Positions 26,650-36,630 of a stretch of DNA of 64,000 nucleotides are shown here, piece by piece. The notes below the pieces were generated by a model, which saw only the letters and a program-made list of their open reading frames with translations, was not told where the DNA came from and made no database searches. Position numbers and translations under genes: made by a program. Within the stretch, counting starts at the first letter, position 1. Each line of letters begins with the position of its first letter. Source of the stretch: an uncultured delta proteobacterium (GTDB lineage Bacteria; Myxococcota_A; Polyangia; Polyangiales; Polyangiaceae); assembly GCA_963841435.1 (NCBI GenBank), contig CAWJCS010000006.1:64001-128000 (forward strand), given 5' to 3'.

Positions 26650-29600
26650 TCAATCGGGAACGGGAATGAAAACGCAGTAATTCCCAGTTCTTACGGACCG
26701 CTCCAAAAACGTCGCGAGCTTTTGGTCGTGCTCGCCGAAGCGCTCGATGGCGTGCCGGATGCGGCGCTGAACGGCGCTCCGCGCTCGTTCGGCCGCGGCG
26801 CCGGCCTTGCGGGCCCGGCCGCCGAGCCCGACGGCACGGCTGAGCTCCCGCCCGAGAAACTCAATCTCCTCGCGCGCGCGTGCGGCGCGTGCCGTGTCGC
26901 CGAACGACTCGGCCTCTGCGAGCGTGTCTTTGAGATCCTCGAGTCTTCGCCGGTAGCTCTCCCTTGCCGACTCGTCGAGCAGCTCGCCCGCGTCGCCCTG
27001 GTCGGCGAGCTCGCTCGGGTCGCTCGTGCCCTGCCGCTCGCGGACGAGCTCGAGCACGTGCACCTCTCGGCCGGGCGCTTCGAGCAGCCGGGCGAGGTAC
27101 TGGAGCCCGAGGCTCGATTTGAGGCGGAGCGTCTCGGTCTGGTAGGTGACGCTATAGTAGTCGCCCTCCAGTACGAGGGTGACCGGCGAGCGCGGGGGAG
27201 ACTCACCAGTGCCGGGCGGCGCGCTCACGGGCGGGTCGCTCGGCGCACGCGCGGACGCAGTGCTCGGCGACGGGCCGGCGCCGAGCGCGGCGAGGCGCCG
27301 AGCGACGTGCCCCAGCAAGCCCGGCATATCGAGCGATTCGGCGCGGCCGCGCGCCGCTTCGAAGAGCGCGCGGGCCCGCTCGGCATCGCCCGGGGCGGCG
27401 CGCTCGGCGAACATTCGGCCGAATTCGTACTCGGTGCGCGCCAGGTAGGGCAGGGCGTCGAGCTTCCCGAGGCGCGCGATGGCGTCCTCGAACGCGACGC
27501 TCGCCTCGTCGTAGCGGCAGAGCCGCGCGAGCAACAGGGCGACGAAGCGCGCGCGCGGTCCTTCCCACGCGACGTAGCTCCAGCTGAGCGCCAGGTACTC
27601 GTCCGGGCACTGCTCGACGAGCCGCAAGAGCTTCGCCGCTTGCTCCTCCGTGCCACCAACCGCAGCCATCTCGACGAGGAAGAAGAGGGAAAACAGATTC
27701 ATCGGGAAGGCCGTCGGGATGATCTGGTAGTAGGCCGCTGCCTGCTCGGCCTCCTCGCGGCGCGCGTGGGCGAGGCCCGCGTGGAGCGCCTGCCACACGG
27801 ACGAGAAGCGGAAGTCGCTGCGCTCGCGTCGCGACATCGCGCCGCTCGTGAGAAGCTCGTCGTGACGCTCACGCGCGCGAAGGTACGATTCGCGGCACGA
27901 CAGGTAGAGCCCCTCGACGACGGGGTCACCGGCGGCCTTGCCGAGCTCGAGCGCTTCTTCGAGGTAGCGCTCGGCGTCGGCGAAACGCCCGTGCATGGTG
28001 GCGCGGACGGCTCGGAAGAAGCGGCTGCGAAAGGCCAGCCACGGCGCGGCAAGCTCCTCGGCGAGCGCCTCGTAGGCTTCCGTGCGTGCGTCGGCGAGCT
28101 CGAGCTCACCATGGCTCAGGTGCACGAAGAACAGCCGACCTTGCGTGCGGAGCAGGCGTTCGCGATCGCCGAGCTCGCGGCAGAGCTTGTCGGCTTCGAG
28201 ATTCAACGCGTAGACCTCGGCGGGCGGGGCGCAGTCCATCATCGCGGAGATCGAATCGTGCAGGACCTCGAGCAGCGTCTGCTTGTCGCCGAGCCGGCGC
28301 GCCGTCAGGATGGCGTCGCGCGCCACGCCCACGGGCTCGGCAACGACCGCTGCCGGTTGCAGCGCCCCCGCGAGCCGCCCGAGTAGCCGTGCGCGGAGCG
28401 CACTGTCGCCGGGCGGCAGCGCCTCGAGCGACGACTCGAGCATGCCGATCAGCACGGGGTCTATGTTGCCGAACGTGAACACCCGCCCATAGACGAGCGC
28501 CGCGTGCGCCGCGAGGTCGGCGTCGCCGAGCGAGCGCGCGATGCCTGCCGCTTCGCGGCAATGGCGCTTGCCCGCCGCCCCGTCGGCGCGACGGATGCAG
28601 GCCTCGCCGAGCGCCACGAGCACCGAGGCGCGGAGAGCCGGCGGGTTCCCCCGACTTTGGACCGATTCGAGTGCCCGTTCGAGGGCCTCCACGGCGTCGT
28701 CGTAGGCAAAAAGCTCCTGGGCCCGACTCGCGGCGAGGAGGGCGTGCTCGACGCCCCGTTCGAGGAGCTCGGGCGGCCCCTCGAGCGCGTGGTGCGCGAT
28801 CTTGTCGTGTGGGACCGCGTCGTCGACGAGCGCGCTCCGCTCGAGCGCCGTCGCGACGCTCCCGTGCAGCTCCCGGCGCCGCTCCGGCGAAAGCTCGCGG
28901 TACAACACCTCGCGGAAGAGCGCGTGGCCGAAGCGCCGCCGGTCACCGAGCTCGACGAGCAAACCGACGCGCGCCGCTTCGGCGAGCGCGCCCGCCACAC
29001 CGAGGGCGTCGGTGCCGGCGGCCGCTGCGACGAGCGCCGGGTCGATTTCGTCGCCGATGACGGCTCCGATCTCGAGCAGCCCTCGCGTCTCGGCGCTGAC
29101 GCGCGTGAGACGCTGGCCGATCACGTCACGAACGCCGTGCGGTACGACACCCGCTTCGATCGACCCCGGTCCCTGCTCGGCGTAGAGCCTGAGCATCTCC
29201 TCGAGAAAGAGCGGATTGCCCTGGGCCCGCTCGAGGATGCGGTCGCTCACGCGTCCGGCGACGTGCGCGGTGTGGGCCTTGACGAGGTCGAGGGCGTCCT
29301 GAACGTCGAGGCGGCCGAGCGACAGCACGCTGCCCTCCCGGCCGATGCGCGCCAATAGCTCGCTGGTTTCGGCGTCCTTGCGCGCCTCTGCGTCGCGGCA
29401 CGTCGCGATCACGAGCAGTTTGAGGCCGCGTAGCTCGCGTGCCAGAAAATGGAGCAGCAGCAGCGACGAGCGGTCTGCCGCGTGCAGGTCGTCGAGCACG
29501 ATGGCAAGACCGTGCCCCGACAGACGCGAGGCTTCGCGCGCGAGCGCGACAATCGCCCGGAAGACGCGAAAGCGCGCCTCGTCCGCCGGCGGGTGGGCGC

Positions 29601-29997
29601 CCGTCGACATTGGCGGCAGGCGACGGCGAAGCTCCGGCAGGATCTCCGCGAGCAGCGGTGCGCCGTCGCCGAGCGTAGCGGCGAGCACGGCGTCGTCGAG
29701 GTCGCGGGCTATCGACGAGAGCACGCCGAGCCATGGCCAGTATGCCGGCGCCCCGCCCGATTCCCAGCAGCGCCCCCAGTGCACGGTGAATCCGCGCGCC
29801 TTGGCGAGTGCCGTCGCCGCGTCGGCCAGGCTCGTCTTGCCGATGCCCGGCTCGCCCGCCAAGAGCAGCAGTCGACCTTTTTCGCTCTCGGCGTCCGCGA
29901 GCGCCCGAGCTATCGTCGAAAGCTCCCGCGTCCGCCCGATGAGCCTACGACCGTGAGGGTCGGCGACGGGCTCGCTTTCGGCGTTCGTGCGGGGCAC
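26650..29997 (-). CDS. Large STAND/AAA_16 ATPase regulator (MalT-like) with TPR-like helices and C-terminal DNA-binding/coiled-coil domain
   Basis: Walker A GEPGIGKT, Walker B IVLDDLHAAD, GNPLFLEE and FGHALFRE. C-terminal GLQYLARLL..PGREVHVLEL and ERARSAVQRRI. Confidence 0.88.
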   Translation of the reverse strand: MPRTNAESEPVADPHGRRLIGRTRELSTIARALADAESEKGRLLLLAGEPGIGKTSLADAATALAKARGFTVHWGRCWESGGAPAYWPWLGVLSSIARDLDDAVLAATLGDGAPLLAEILPELRRRLPPMSTGAHPPADEARFRVFRAIVALAREASRLSGHGLAIVLDDLHAADRSSLLLLHFLARELRGLKLLVIATCRDAEARKDAETSELLARIGREGSVLSLGRLDVQDALDLVKAHTAHVAGRVSDRILERAQGNPLFLEEMLRLYAEQGPGSIEAGVVPHGVRDVIGQRLTRVSAETRGLLEIGAVIGDEIDPALVAAAAGTDALGVAGALAEAARVGLLVELGDRRRFGHALFREVLYRELSPERRRELHGSVATALERSALVDDAVPHDKIAHHALEGPPELLERGVEHALLAASRAQELFAYDDAVEALERALESVQSRGNPPALRASVLVALGEACIRRADGAAGKRHCREAAGIARSLGDADLAAHAALVYGRVFTFGNIDPVLIGMLESSLEALPPGDSALRARLLGRLAGALQPAAVVAEPVGVARDAILTARRLGDKQTLLEVLHDSISAMMDCAPPAEVYALNLEADKLCRELGDRERLLRTQGRLFFVHLSHGELELADARTEAYEALAEELAAPWLAFRSRFFRAVRATMHGRFADAERYLEEALELGKAAGDPVVEGLYLSCRESYLRARERHDELLTSGAMSRRERSDFRFSSVWQALHAGLAHARREEAEQAAAYYQIIPTAFPMNLFSLFFLVEMAAVGGTEEQAAKLLRLVEQCPDEYLALSWSYVAWEGPRARFVALLLARLCRYDEASVAFEDAIARLGKLDALPYLARTEYEFGRMFAERAAPGDAERARALFEAARGRAESLDMPGLLGHVARRLAALGAGPSPSTASARAPSDPPVSAPPGTGESPPRSPVTLVLEGDYYSVTYQTETLRLKSSLGLQYLARLLEAPGREVHVLELVRERQGTSDPSELADQGDAGELLDESARESYRRRLEDLKDTLAEAESFGDTARAARAREEIEFLGRELSRAVGLGGRARKAGAAAERARSAVQRRIRHAIERFGEHDQKLATFLERSVRTGNYCVFIPVPD

Positions 29998-30081
29998 GGC
30001 GCCATTGTACAGAAGGTGCGCGCTGCGGCGCGCTGGGACCGGTGTGCTAAACTGGGGCTTCCTTAAGGTCGGAGGGACTCC

Positions 30082-30858
30082 ATGGCATCGTCGAGCACAC
30101 CCGTTGCCCTATCGAGCGCAACGTTCATCCTTTTGCTTGCGGGCGGGGCCGTCGCTGAGCAGGCCCCGGTGGCCCCGGCGCCGACCGTGAGCGCCGCACC
30201 GGCGCCGAGCCCGCCGTCCGCCGCCGCCCCTGCAGGTTCGTCAACGCCGCCGGTCGGTGCCGCTCCGGCCGCGGCGGTCGCGACGGCACCGGCGCCGCCG
30301 CCACCTCCTGGCTACGCCGTCCCGCCGGGATACATGCTCGTCCCGGCTCCGACTCCCGAGGCCCAGACCCGCTACGACGTGCAGTATCCGCAGGGGCGCG
30401 GCGCGCTGCCGCCGGGCATGGAGCTTCCCTACGTCGAAGGCGAGCCGATCCCGCCGGGCTACCGCTTGGTGGAGCAACGTCGGCGGGGTCTCATCATCGC
30501 GGGCTCGATCGTGCTCGGGGTGCCATGGGTGTTCGGCGTCACCGCGGCGACCGCCGCGGATTTCAAAGACGGCACGGGGCTCCTGCTCATCCCGGTTCTG
30601 GGTCCGTGGCTGACGCTCACCACGGACGTCGCTCGCGATAAACCCTGCGACCCCGGGACTCTCGTCTGCGAGACACGGGCGGCCACGCGCGCTGTGCTCG
30701 TGCTCGACGGCATGGTGCAGGCGGGCGGCGCCGCGATGCTGGTCGTCGGGCTCTTCGTGCCGAAAAAGCGGCTGGTCCGTCGCAACGTCATCGTGAGCGT
30801 CGCCCCTCTGGCCGTGGGGCGCGACGGCTACGGATTGGGCGTCTCGGGCAGCTTCTGA
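30082..30858 (+). CDS. Hypothetical exported Pro-rich membrane protein
   Basis: GGAGG RBS, signal peptide, Pro/Ala-rich stretch, GEPIPPGY, LLIPVLGPW and C-terminal GLGVSGSF. Confidence 0.78.
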   Translation: MASSSTPVALSSATFILLLAGGAVAEQAPVAPAPTVSAAPAPSPPSAAAPAGSSTPPVGAAPAAAVATAPAPPPPPGYAVPPGYMLVPAPTPEAQTRYDVQYPQGRGALPPGMELPYVEGEPIPPGYRLVEQRRRGLIIAGSIVLGVPWVFGVTAATAADFKDGTGLLLIPVLGPWLTLTTDVARDKPCDPGTLVCETRAATRAVLVLDGMVQAGGAAMLVVGLFVPKKRLVRRNVIVSVAPLAVGRDGYGLGVSGSF

Positions 30859-30889
30859 CGCCTCGCTCTCGCTCGACGCCGCTGGGGCT

Positions 30890-32400
30890 CTAGCTCGGCC
30901 GCGCGCGCCCCTGGAAGTCCACGGCCACGACGCTGTCGCCCGAGCTGGAAGCGCCGGGCTCTTGCGCTCGCCGGCTCCGGTCGAGCACCTCGGCCGCGCG
31001 CTCTTGCCACCAGCGCGCCGCGTCCGCCTCCGTCCACGGGGTCACGTCGTCGCAAGCGGTGAGGGCGCTCGAGAGGTCCACGGCGCTCACGGGTCGCGCC
31101 TCGGGCTTCTTCGCCAGGCAGCGCAGAATCACCGCTTCGAATTGGCTCGGTAGCGAACGCCCGAGCCGCTCGGAAGGCGGTTGGGGATCGACGTGCAGCG
31201 TGTTGGCGAGCACGGAAACCACCGTTTCGCCCCGGAAAGGCGGCGAGCCGGTTGCAAGGAAATAGCCGAGCGCACCGAGCGCGTAGATGTCGGTTCGCGC
31301 ATCGACGGTCTCGGGGGCCGTGACGGCCTCGGGGGCCATGTAGTGCGGCGTTCCGAGCGGGGTGTCAACGGCGGTCAGTAAGGGGTCCGGCCCCCGGAGT
31401 TGCTTGGCGAGCCCGAAGTCCAACACTTTCACGAAGTCCGGGATGTCGCCCCGCACGCAAAGTTGCAGGTTTGCCGGCTTGATGTCGCGATGAACGACGC
31501 CCCGGCGGTGCGCCTCGGCGAGCGCACCGCACGCCTGACGGAGCAAGTGCACGACGCGCCCGGGTGGCTGAGGGCCGTCGTGATCGACGAGTTGTTCGAA
31601 CGAGACGCCGTCGAGATACTCCATGGCGTAGTAGAAGCTTCCGTCCGCCGTGCGCCCAAAATCGTAAATGGCAACCGTGTTCGGGTGCGTGAGCCGGCTG
31701 GTTTCGAGCACCTCGCGCTCGAATCGCGCGAGCCCGGTTGCGCCAGCGCGTTGCATCGGCAGGAGCTTGATGGCCGTCGGGCGTCGCAGAAATGCGTGGT
31801 TCGCGCGGTACACGACGCCCATCCCGCCCTCGCCGAGCTTGCCTTCGAGCGTGTACTGGCCGAGTCGCTCGGCCGCTCGCACCTGGGCGCGAAGATTGTA
31901 GATGACTCGCGAGATCAAGACGGGGATCGGAATCACCACGACGCTCACGAGCGTCGTCCCGAGAGCGAAGTTCGCGGCGTCCAGCGTCCGATACTGGTGG
32001 TGCACCAGGAAGCCTGCCACGAGCACCGGTAGGGTCGAGACCACACCGACGGCGAGCGTTCGCCGCGGCGTGCTGGGCAAGAGCGCTGCCCGCATGCTCA
32101 GCATGGCGATGTTCGAGATGACCCCGATGGGCAGATTGGCCGAGGGCGGCGCGCCGCGATCCAGCCCCGGATGAACCGCTCCGGGCGAAAGGTAGCTCCC
32201 AGCTTCGCCCCAACGCCAGCACGCCGGCCACGTTGGCGCTCACGTCGTAGGCAATGGCGAGGATCGCCGTCACGCCGAGCCAGAGCGCGAGGCGCGTCCG
32301 CAGCAGCTCGACGGCTTGCTCGCTCTCCGGCGTTGCGAGCAGGGCGGGCGGGGCCCCGACCGGCAGCGTCTCCGGGTGCTTCGTCTCGGGGGCGATGGTC
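30890..32400 (-). CDS. Membrane Ser/Thr protein kinase (Hanks type); the N-terminal TM region is in a different frame (break near 32150-32200)
   Basis: LGEGGMGVVY, AIK, HRDIKPAN, DFGLAK, GTPHYMAPE and DIYALG in ORF 30890..32104. An upstream TM segment LRTRLALWLGVTAILAIAY lies in another frame. Confidence 0.9.
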
Positions 32401-32538
32401 GGGGCGATTTTGCGGACTGTCTCACGAGAGCCCGCGCGCTGTCGAACTCGACGGCCGCCTTCCCCGCGAAGCTAGCGAGGAAGGCCGAACCGGCGCCGCC
32501 GCCTCCCCGGAGGCGCGACTCGAACGCGGCCTTTCTTG

Positions 32539-33780
32539 CTAAAAGAAGAGCTGCATCTGCGTCGTCCAGAGCACGTCCTTCGTCGTCGCGAGGGTCGGTC
32601 GCGTGACCCGACGGTAGCCGACGTCGGTCTTGACGTTGAGCGTGTACTTGTCGATCCAGAAGTTGACGCCGCCGTGGGGGGCGATGACCTTCACCGCGGG
32701 CTCAGCGGGCGCCGGCGGCGGATTCTTGCGCGCCTGCAGGTAGTCGAGCGAAACGATAGGCTCGATCCATGCGATTCTGAAGCCCACCTCGCCGAATGCG
32801 GTGATGCCACCCTGGGGCAGGTTGCTCGAGCCGATCGTCAACGTCCCCTCGGCATAGTAGAACGCGGCGGCCTTGCCGACGAGCTCCATGTCGTCGCCGA
32901 ACGGCAGCTCCGCGAACACGTCGCCGCTCAACGCGAGGTATTTGCGGCGGTCGCCGTTCACTTTGTACATCGCGTTCGACTGGAAATCGACGCCGACGCC
33001 CACCGACACGATCGGCGTTTCCGAAAAGTAGATGCCCTTCACGAAGAAATCTTTTTCGCTGCCCAAGATGTTGCCGCGCACGTGGGCTGTCACGCGGGGC
33101 AAGCCTCGCTCGTTGAGGGGCGGGGGAGGCGGTACCGGCGGCATGGGGGGCGCCGGCACCGCGCTGTTGCGGACGCCCTCGAAGACGCCCAGGCGGTAGT
33201 GGAGGTGATCGTCGAGTAGCATTCCGCGCAGCTGGACACCCACGTCGCGCCAAATGCGACCGGTGGAAAACCGGATCATTTCCGCGTGATAGTCGAGGCC
33301 GTTGAGCCCCGTCGCGCCTTCGATCGTGTGGTGGCTGAGCGGCACGAGCATCAGCCCCGCGTCGAGCGTGATCTCCGGGGCGAAAGCGTACGACAAGAAG
33401 GCGTCCTGAATGAACGTGGTCGTCGCATAGGCTCCACCCTTGCCCAGATTCGGCTCGTCCGTTTCCACGAAGAAACTGAGCTGCTTGGTGGCCGAGCCGT
33501 ACAAGAGCAGTCGCGTGCGGCGCAGGTAAAAATCGTAGGAGGGGCCACCCTCCGGGCTCCCGATGCCCGCGGAGCACGTGGTGCGCGTGGCCGAGCCGCA
33601 CGGCCCGGTTCCACCGCGGGAGCCGGGCGACGTGAGCTGAAACCACGGCTGCAAGAGCACGCCAATCTTGAGCGCGACGCCCTTGTCCTTGTCCTCGAAG
33701 ACCTGAACGGCGCGGGCGGGGGGCGCCCAAAGGACCACGGCCGCGCAGCAGAGCACGAACGCATACTTCAGCAGTTTCAC
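32539..33780 (-). CDS. Outer-membrane porin (OprO/OprP / short-chain-amide porin-like)
   Basis: Signal ending ARA. Motifs FYLRRTRL, IQDAFLSY, RDVGVQLRG and YRLGVFEG. C-terminal QMQLFF. Confidence 0.82.
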   Translation of the reverse strand: MKLLKYAFVLCCAAVVLWAPPARAVQVFEDKDKGVALKIGVLLQPWFQLTSPGSRGGTGPCGSATRTTCSAGIGSPEGGPSYDFYLRRTRLLLYGSATKQLSFFVETDEPNLGKGGAYATTTFIQDAFLSYAFAPEITLDAGLMLVPLSHHTIEGATGLNGLDYHAEMIRFSTGRIWRDVGVQLRGMLLDDHLHYRLGVFEGVRNSAVPAPPMPPVPPPPPLNERGLPRVTAHVRGNILGSEKDFFVKGIYFSETPIVSVGVGVDFQSNAMYKVNGDRRKYLALSGDVFAELPFGDDMELVGKAAAFYYAEGTLTIGSSNLPQGGITAFGEVGFRIAWIEPIVSLDYLQARKNPPPAPAEPAVKVIAPHGGVNFWIDKYTLNVKTDVGYRRVTRPTLATTKDVLWTTQMQLFF

Positions 33781-33865
33781 GACAAACTCCCAGGTATGGA
33801 GTCGGCTTGGGACCGACTCGGAAGAACGTACTACTCGAGCTGATGGGTGATTGAGTGTTGTTGAT

Positions 33866-35476
33866 TCAGATGGTGTGAAGCTCGTGCACGGACGCAGACT
33901 CTCGGATGAAGAGCGCCCCCACCACGACCGTCAGCAACGAGACGACGACTGGGTACCAGAGCCCGGCATAGACGTTGCCGGTCGCTGCCACGAGGGCCGT
34001 GGCGGTGAGGGGCAGCATGCCTCCGAACCAGCCGTTGCCGATGTGGTAGGGAAGCGACATCGACGTATAGCGAATGCGGGTGGGGAAGAGCTCGACGAGG
34101 AACGCCGCAATGGGGCCGTAAACCATGGTCACGTAGACCAGCTGCAGGAGCACGAGCAACACCAGCATCGGCATGTTGACGTCGTCCGGGTTCGCCTTGG
34201 CCGGATAGTGGAGGGCCTTGAGCGTCGCCGTGAGCTCCGCTTCGTCGAACCCGGTGATCATCTGGCCGTTGATGCTCGTGACGGGGCGCTGGCCGGCTAC
34301 CGCCGGCGTCGTGTCGAAGGAGAGGCTGCGCTTGGCGAGAAAATCCCTGATCTTGTCGCACTCGCTGTACTTGGTGCTCGGGTTCGGGAAGAGGTGCACC
34401 TGGCATTCGTTCGCGGTTAGGTGGATCTCCGTCGTCGCGCCGAACGCTTCGAGCGCCGGGTTTCCGTAGTGGGCCATGCCCCGATAGATCGGGAAATAGG
34501 TGACGGCGCCGAGCAGGCAGCCGAGGAGCATGATCTTCTTTCTACCGATCCGATCGGAGAGCCAGCCGAAGAACACGAACAGCCCCGTGCCGAGCACCAG
34601 CGTGATCGCCATGATGTCGTAGGCCGTCGTCCAGTCGATCTTCAGCGTGCCCATGAGGAAGAAGAGCGCGTAAAATTGCCCCGTGTACCAGATGACGCCC
34701 TGCCCCGCGGCTGCGCCGAAGAGAGCGATGAGCACGATCTTCAGGTTTTGCCAGTTGCCGAAGCTGTCACGAAGCGGCGCCTTGCTGCCCTTGCCCTCCG
34801 CCTTCATTCGCTCGAAAACCGGCGATTCGTTGAGCTTGAGGCGGATGTAGACCGAGACGGCGAGCAAGACGAGTGAGACGAGGAAGGGCATGCGCCAGCC
34901 CCAGTCCTTGAAGGTGGCTTCCTCCATGGTTCGCCGGCAGGTGCCGATGATGATCAGCGACAGGAAGAAGCCGAGCGTGGCGGTAGTCTGGATGAAGCTC
35001 GTGTGCAGTCCGCGCTTGTCCTTGGGTGCGTGCTCGGCAACGTAGGTGGCCGCGCCGCCGTATTCGCCACCGAGCGCGAGGCCCTGAGCGAGCCGCAACA
35101 GAACGAGCAGGATGGGCGAGAGCATCCCGATGCTCGCGTACGTCGGAAGCAGACCCACGGCGGCGGTCAACAGGCCCATCACGAGGATCGTGACGAGAAA
35201 AGTGTACTTTCTGCCGACGATGTCGCCAATGCGACCGAAGACGAGCGCGCCGAACGGCCGTACCAAAAAGCCGGCCGCGTACGTCGCGAAGCTCGCCAGT
35301 AGCGCCGCGGTCGCGTTGCCCGATGGGAAGAACAGCGCCGCGAAGAACGGTGCCAGCGTGGCGTAGAGGTAAAAGTCGTACCACTCGAAAACCGTACCGA
35401 GCGACGACGCGAAGATGACTCGACGCTTCTCGCTCTCTTCCCCCGCCAAGGGGGCCTCGACCGTTGCCTGAACCAT
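33866..35476 (-). CDS. MFS transporter, MHS (metabolite:H+ symporter) family
   Basis: ASSLGTVFEWYDFYLY, RPFGALVFGRIGDIVGRK, QGLALGGEYGGA and ELFPTRIRYTSMS. Confidence 0.96.
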   Translation of the reverse strand: MVQATVEAPLAGEESEKRRVIFASSLGTVFEWYDFYLYATLAPFFAALFFPSGNATAALLASFATYAAGFLVRPFGALVFGRIGDIVGRKYTFLVTILVMGLLTAAVGLLPTYASIGMLSPILLVLLRLAQGLALGGEYGGAATYVAEHAPKDKRGLHTSFIQTTATLGFFLSLIIIGTCRRTMEEATFKDWGWRMPFLVSLVLLAVSVYIRLKLNESPVFERMKAEGKGSKAPLRDSFGNWQNLKIVLIALFGAAAGQGVIWYTGQFYALFFLMGTLKIDWTTAYDIMAITLVLGTGLFVFFGWLSDRIGRKKIMLLGCLLGAVTYFPIYRGMAHYGNPALEAFGATTEIHLTANECQVHLFPNPSTKYSECDKIRDFLAKRSLSFDTTPAVAGQRPVTSINGQMITGFDEAELTATLKALHYPAKANPDDVNMPMLVLLVLLQLVYVTMVYGPIAAFLVELFPTRIRYTSMSLPYHIGNGWFGGMLPLTATALVAATGNVYAGLWYPVVVSLLTVVVGALFIRESASVHELHTI

Positions 35477-35961
35477 CCGCCTGTACCTTTCTTCTGCCCC
35501 CCGGGCCGCGCGAAACCCGAGCGCTCGGCAGACCCTGAAGTCAGCCTCGCCAGCTCGACACCACCTAACTGATTCCGCCCGAGGAGAGTCTCAGTTCTCA
35601 ATGCCCCATACCATAGTGTTTGATCGTGAGTGATCTTTCTTCTGGCGCTTCGAACTGACGTTCGAGGCGAAAGAACGTCGCGCGCCATCGTGTCAACTGC
35701 GCGCGATGAGAGTGAGTTCGCCACTAATGAGAAACGGAAGCGTCGTTTCCGCACTGCAATGCAATTGTTTGCGTCTGCGACCGTGCCTTTTGCTCCGCTA
35801 CGGCAAAAGTGCTTCGTTCGAGGAAGTCAGTCGTCGCGAACGTTGCTTGTTTGAGAAAAGCGATCTCGTGTCGCCGTGGAAGTAGCGGCGAGTCATCCAA
35901 ACGGCGGTTGCCGAGCTCCGTCGGCCGGCCGCCCGCTTGCGCACGGACCGAACGAGCGGTG

Positions 35962-36054
35962 CGCGAGGTGGAGGTGCTGCGTCTCGTTGCTCGCGGCTCT
36001 CCAACAAGGAGGTCGCCGGGCGGCTCTTCATTTTCACCGAAGACGGTCTCGCGT
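35962..36054 (+). pseudogene. Remnant of a LuxR-type HTH domain with two compensating frameshifts
   Basis: Reads REVEVLRLVARG / LSNKEVAGRLFI / SPKTVSR across a -1 shift (about 35997) and a +1 shift (about 36033). Confidence 0.75.
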
Positions 36055-36154
36055 GAGCTGGCTCAGGGGCGTCGCATCGCCTCGAAGTGCGTTCGTCCCA
36101 GCCGGCTCGAGCGCCGTGACTAAATCGTTTTAACATCGACGCCTGTCCCCACAA

Positions 36155-36532
36155 TCACACGACGAACGTCGGGTCTTCGTCGGGCTGGTGCACGGACCGC
36201 CAGTCCGAACACATCGATCTGAGCTGCAGCGGCCTCGGCGATATCTCGAATCTGGGTACGAAAGTCGGGCAGGCAGGCTGGCTGCCCGTCTCGGTCCAAG
36301 TCGTCGACTGCAGCGTGGGGCTCGGCAAGCACTCGCTGTGAGCGCGCCGCGGACCGCCGGGCGAGGAGCTTGCACCCGCGCCGCCGGACCCCGTGAGCCC
36401 GCTCGAGTTGGAGCCCGTGTCACCGCCGCAGCCGACCGTGCCGAGGCAAAGGACGAGCCCCGTGAGCAGCGGCGAGGCATGTTCGCAAACCCTGCGCTCG
36501 GAGACGGCGCGGCGTTCGGGGGAATGGGGCAT
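36155..36532 (-). pseudogene. Probable lipoprotein remnant (signal plus start of a Gly linker, no catalytic domain)
   Basis: LLTGLVLCLGTVGC-GGDTGSNSSGLTGSGGAGASS, followed by a short unrecognisable tail. Confidence 0.4.
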
Positions 36533-36630
36533 GCTTGTCCCGACGAAACTCGGCATGGGATAGTGCGCGGAGTGAGCCGTGAGCAGGCGCCGGGCGGCGC
36601 GACCGCGCGTCTTTGGTGTCGCGGCGTGCG

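Noticed and set aside
26650-29997. Avs/NLR-type anti-phage STAND protein
   Set aside because: No N-terminal effector domain; the architecture and neighbours fit a MalT-like transcription regulator.
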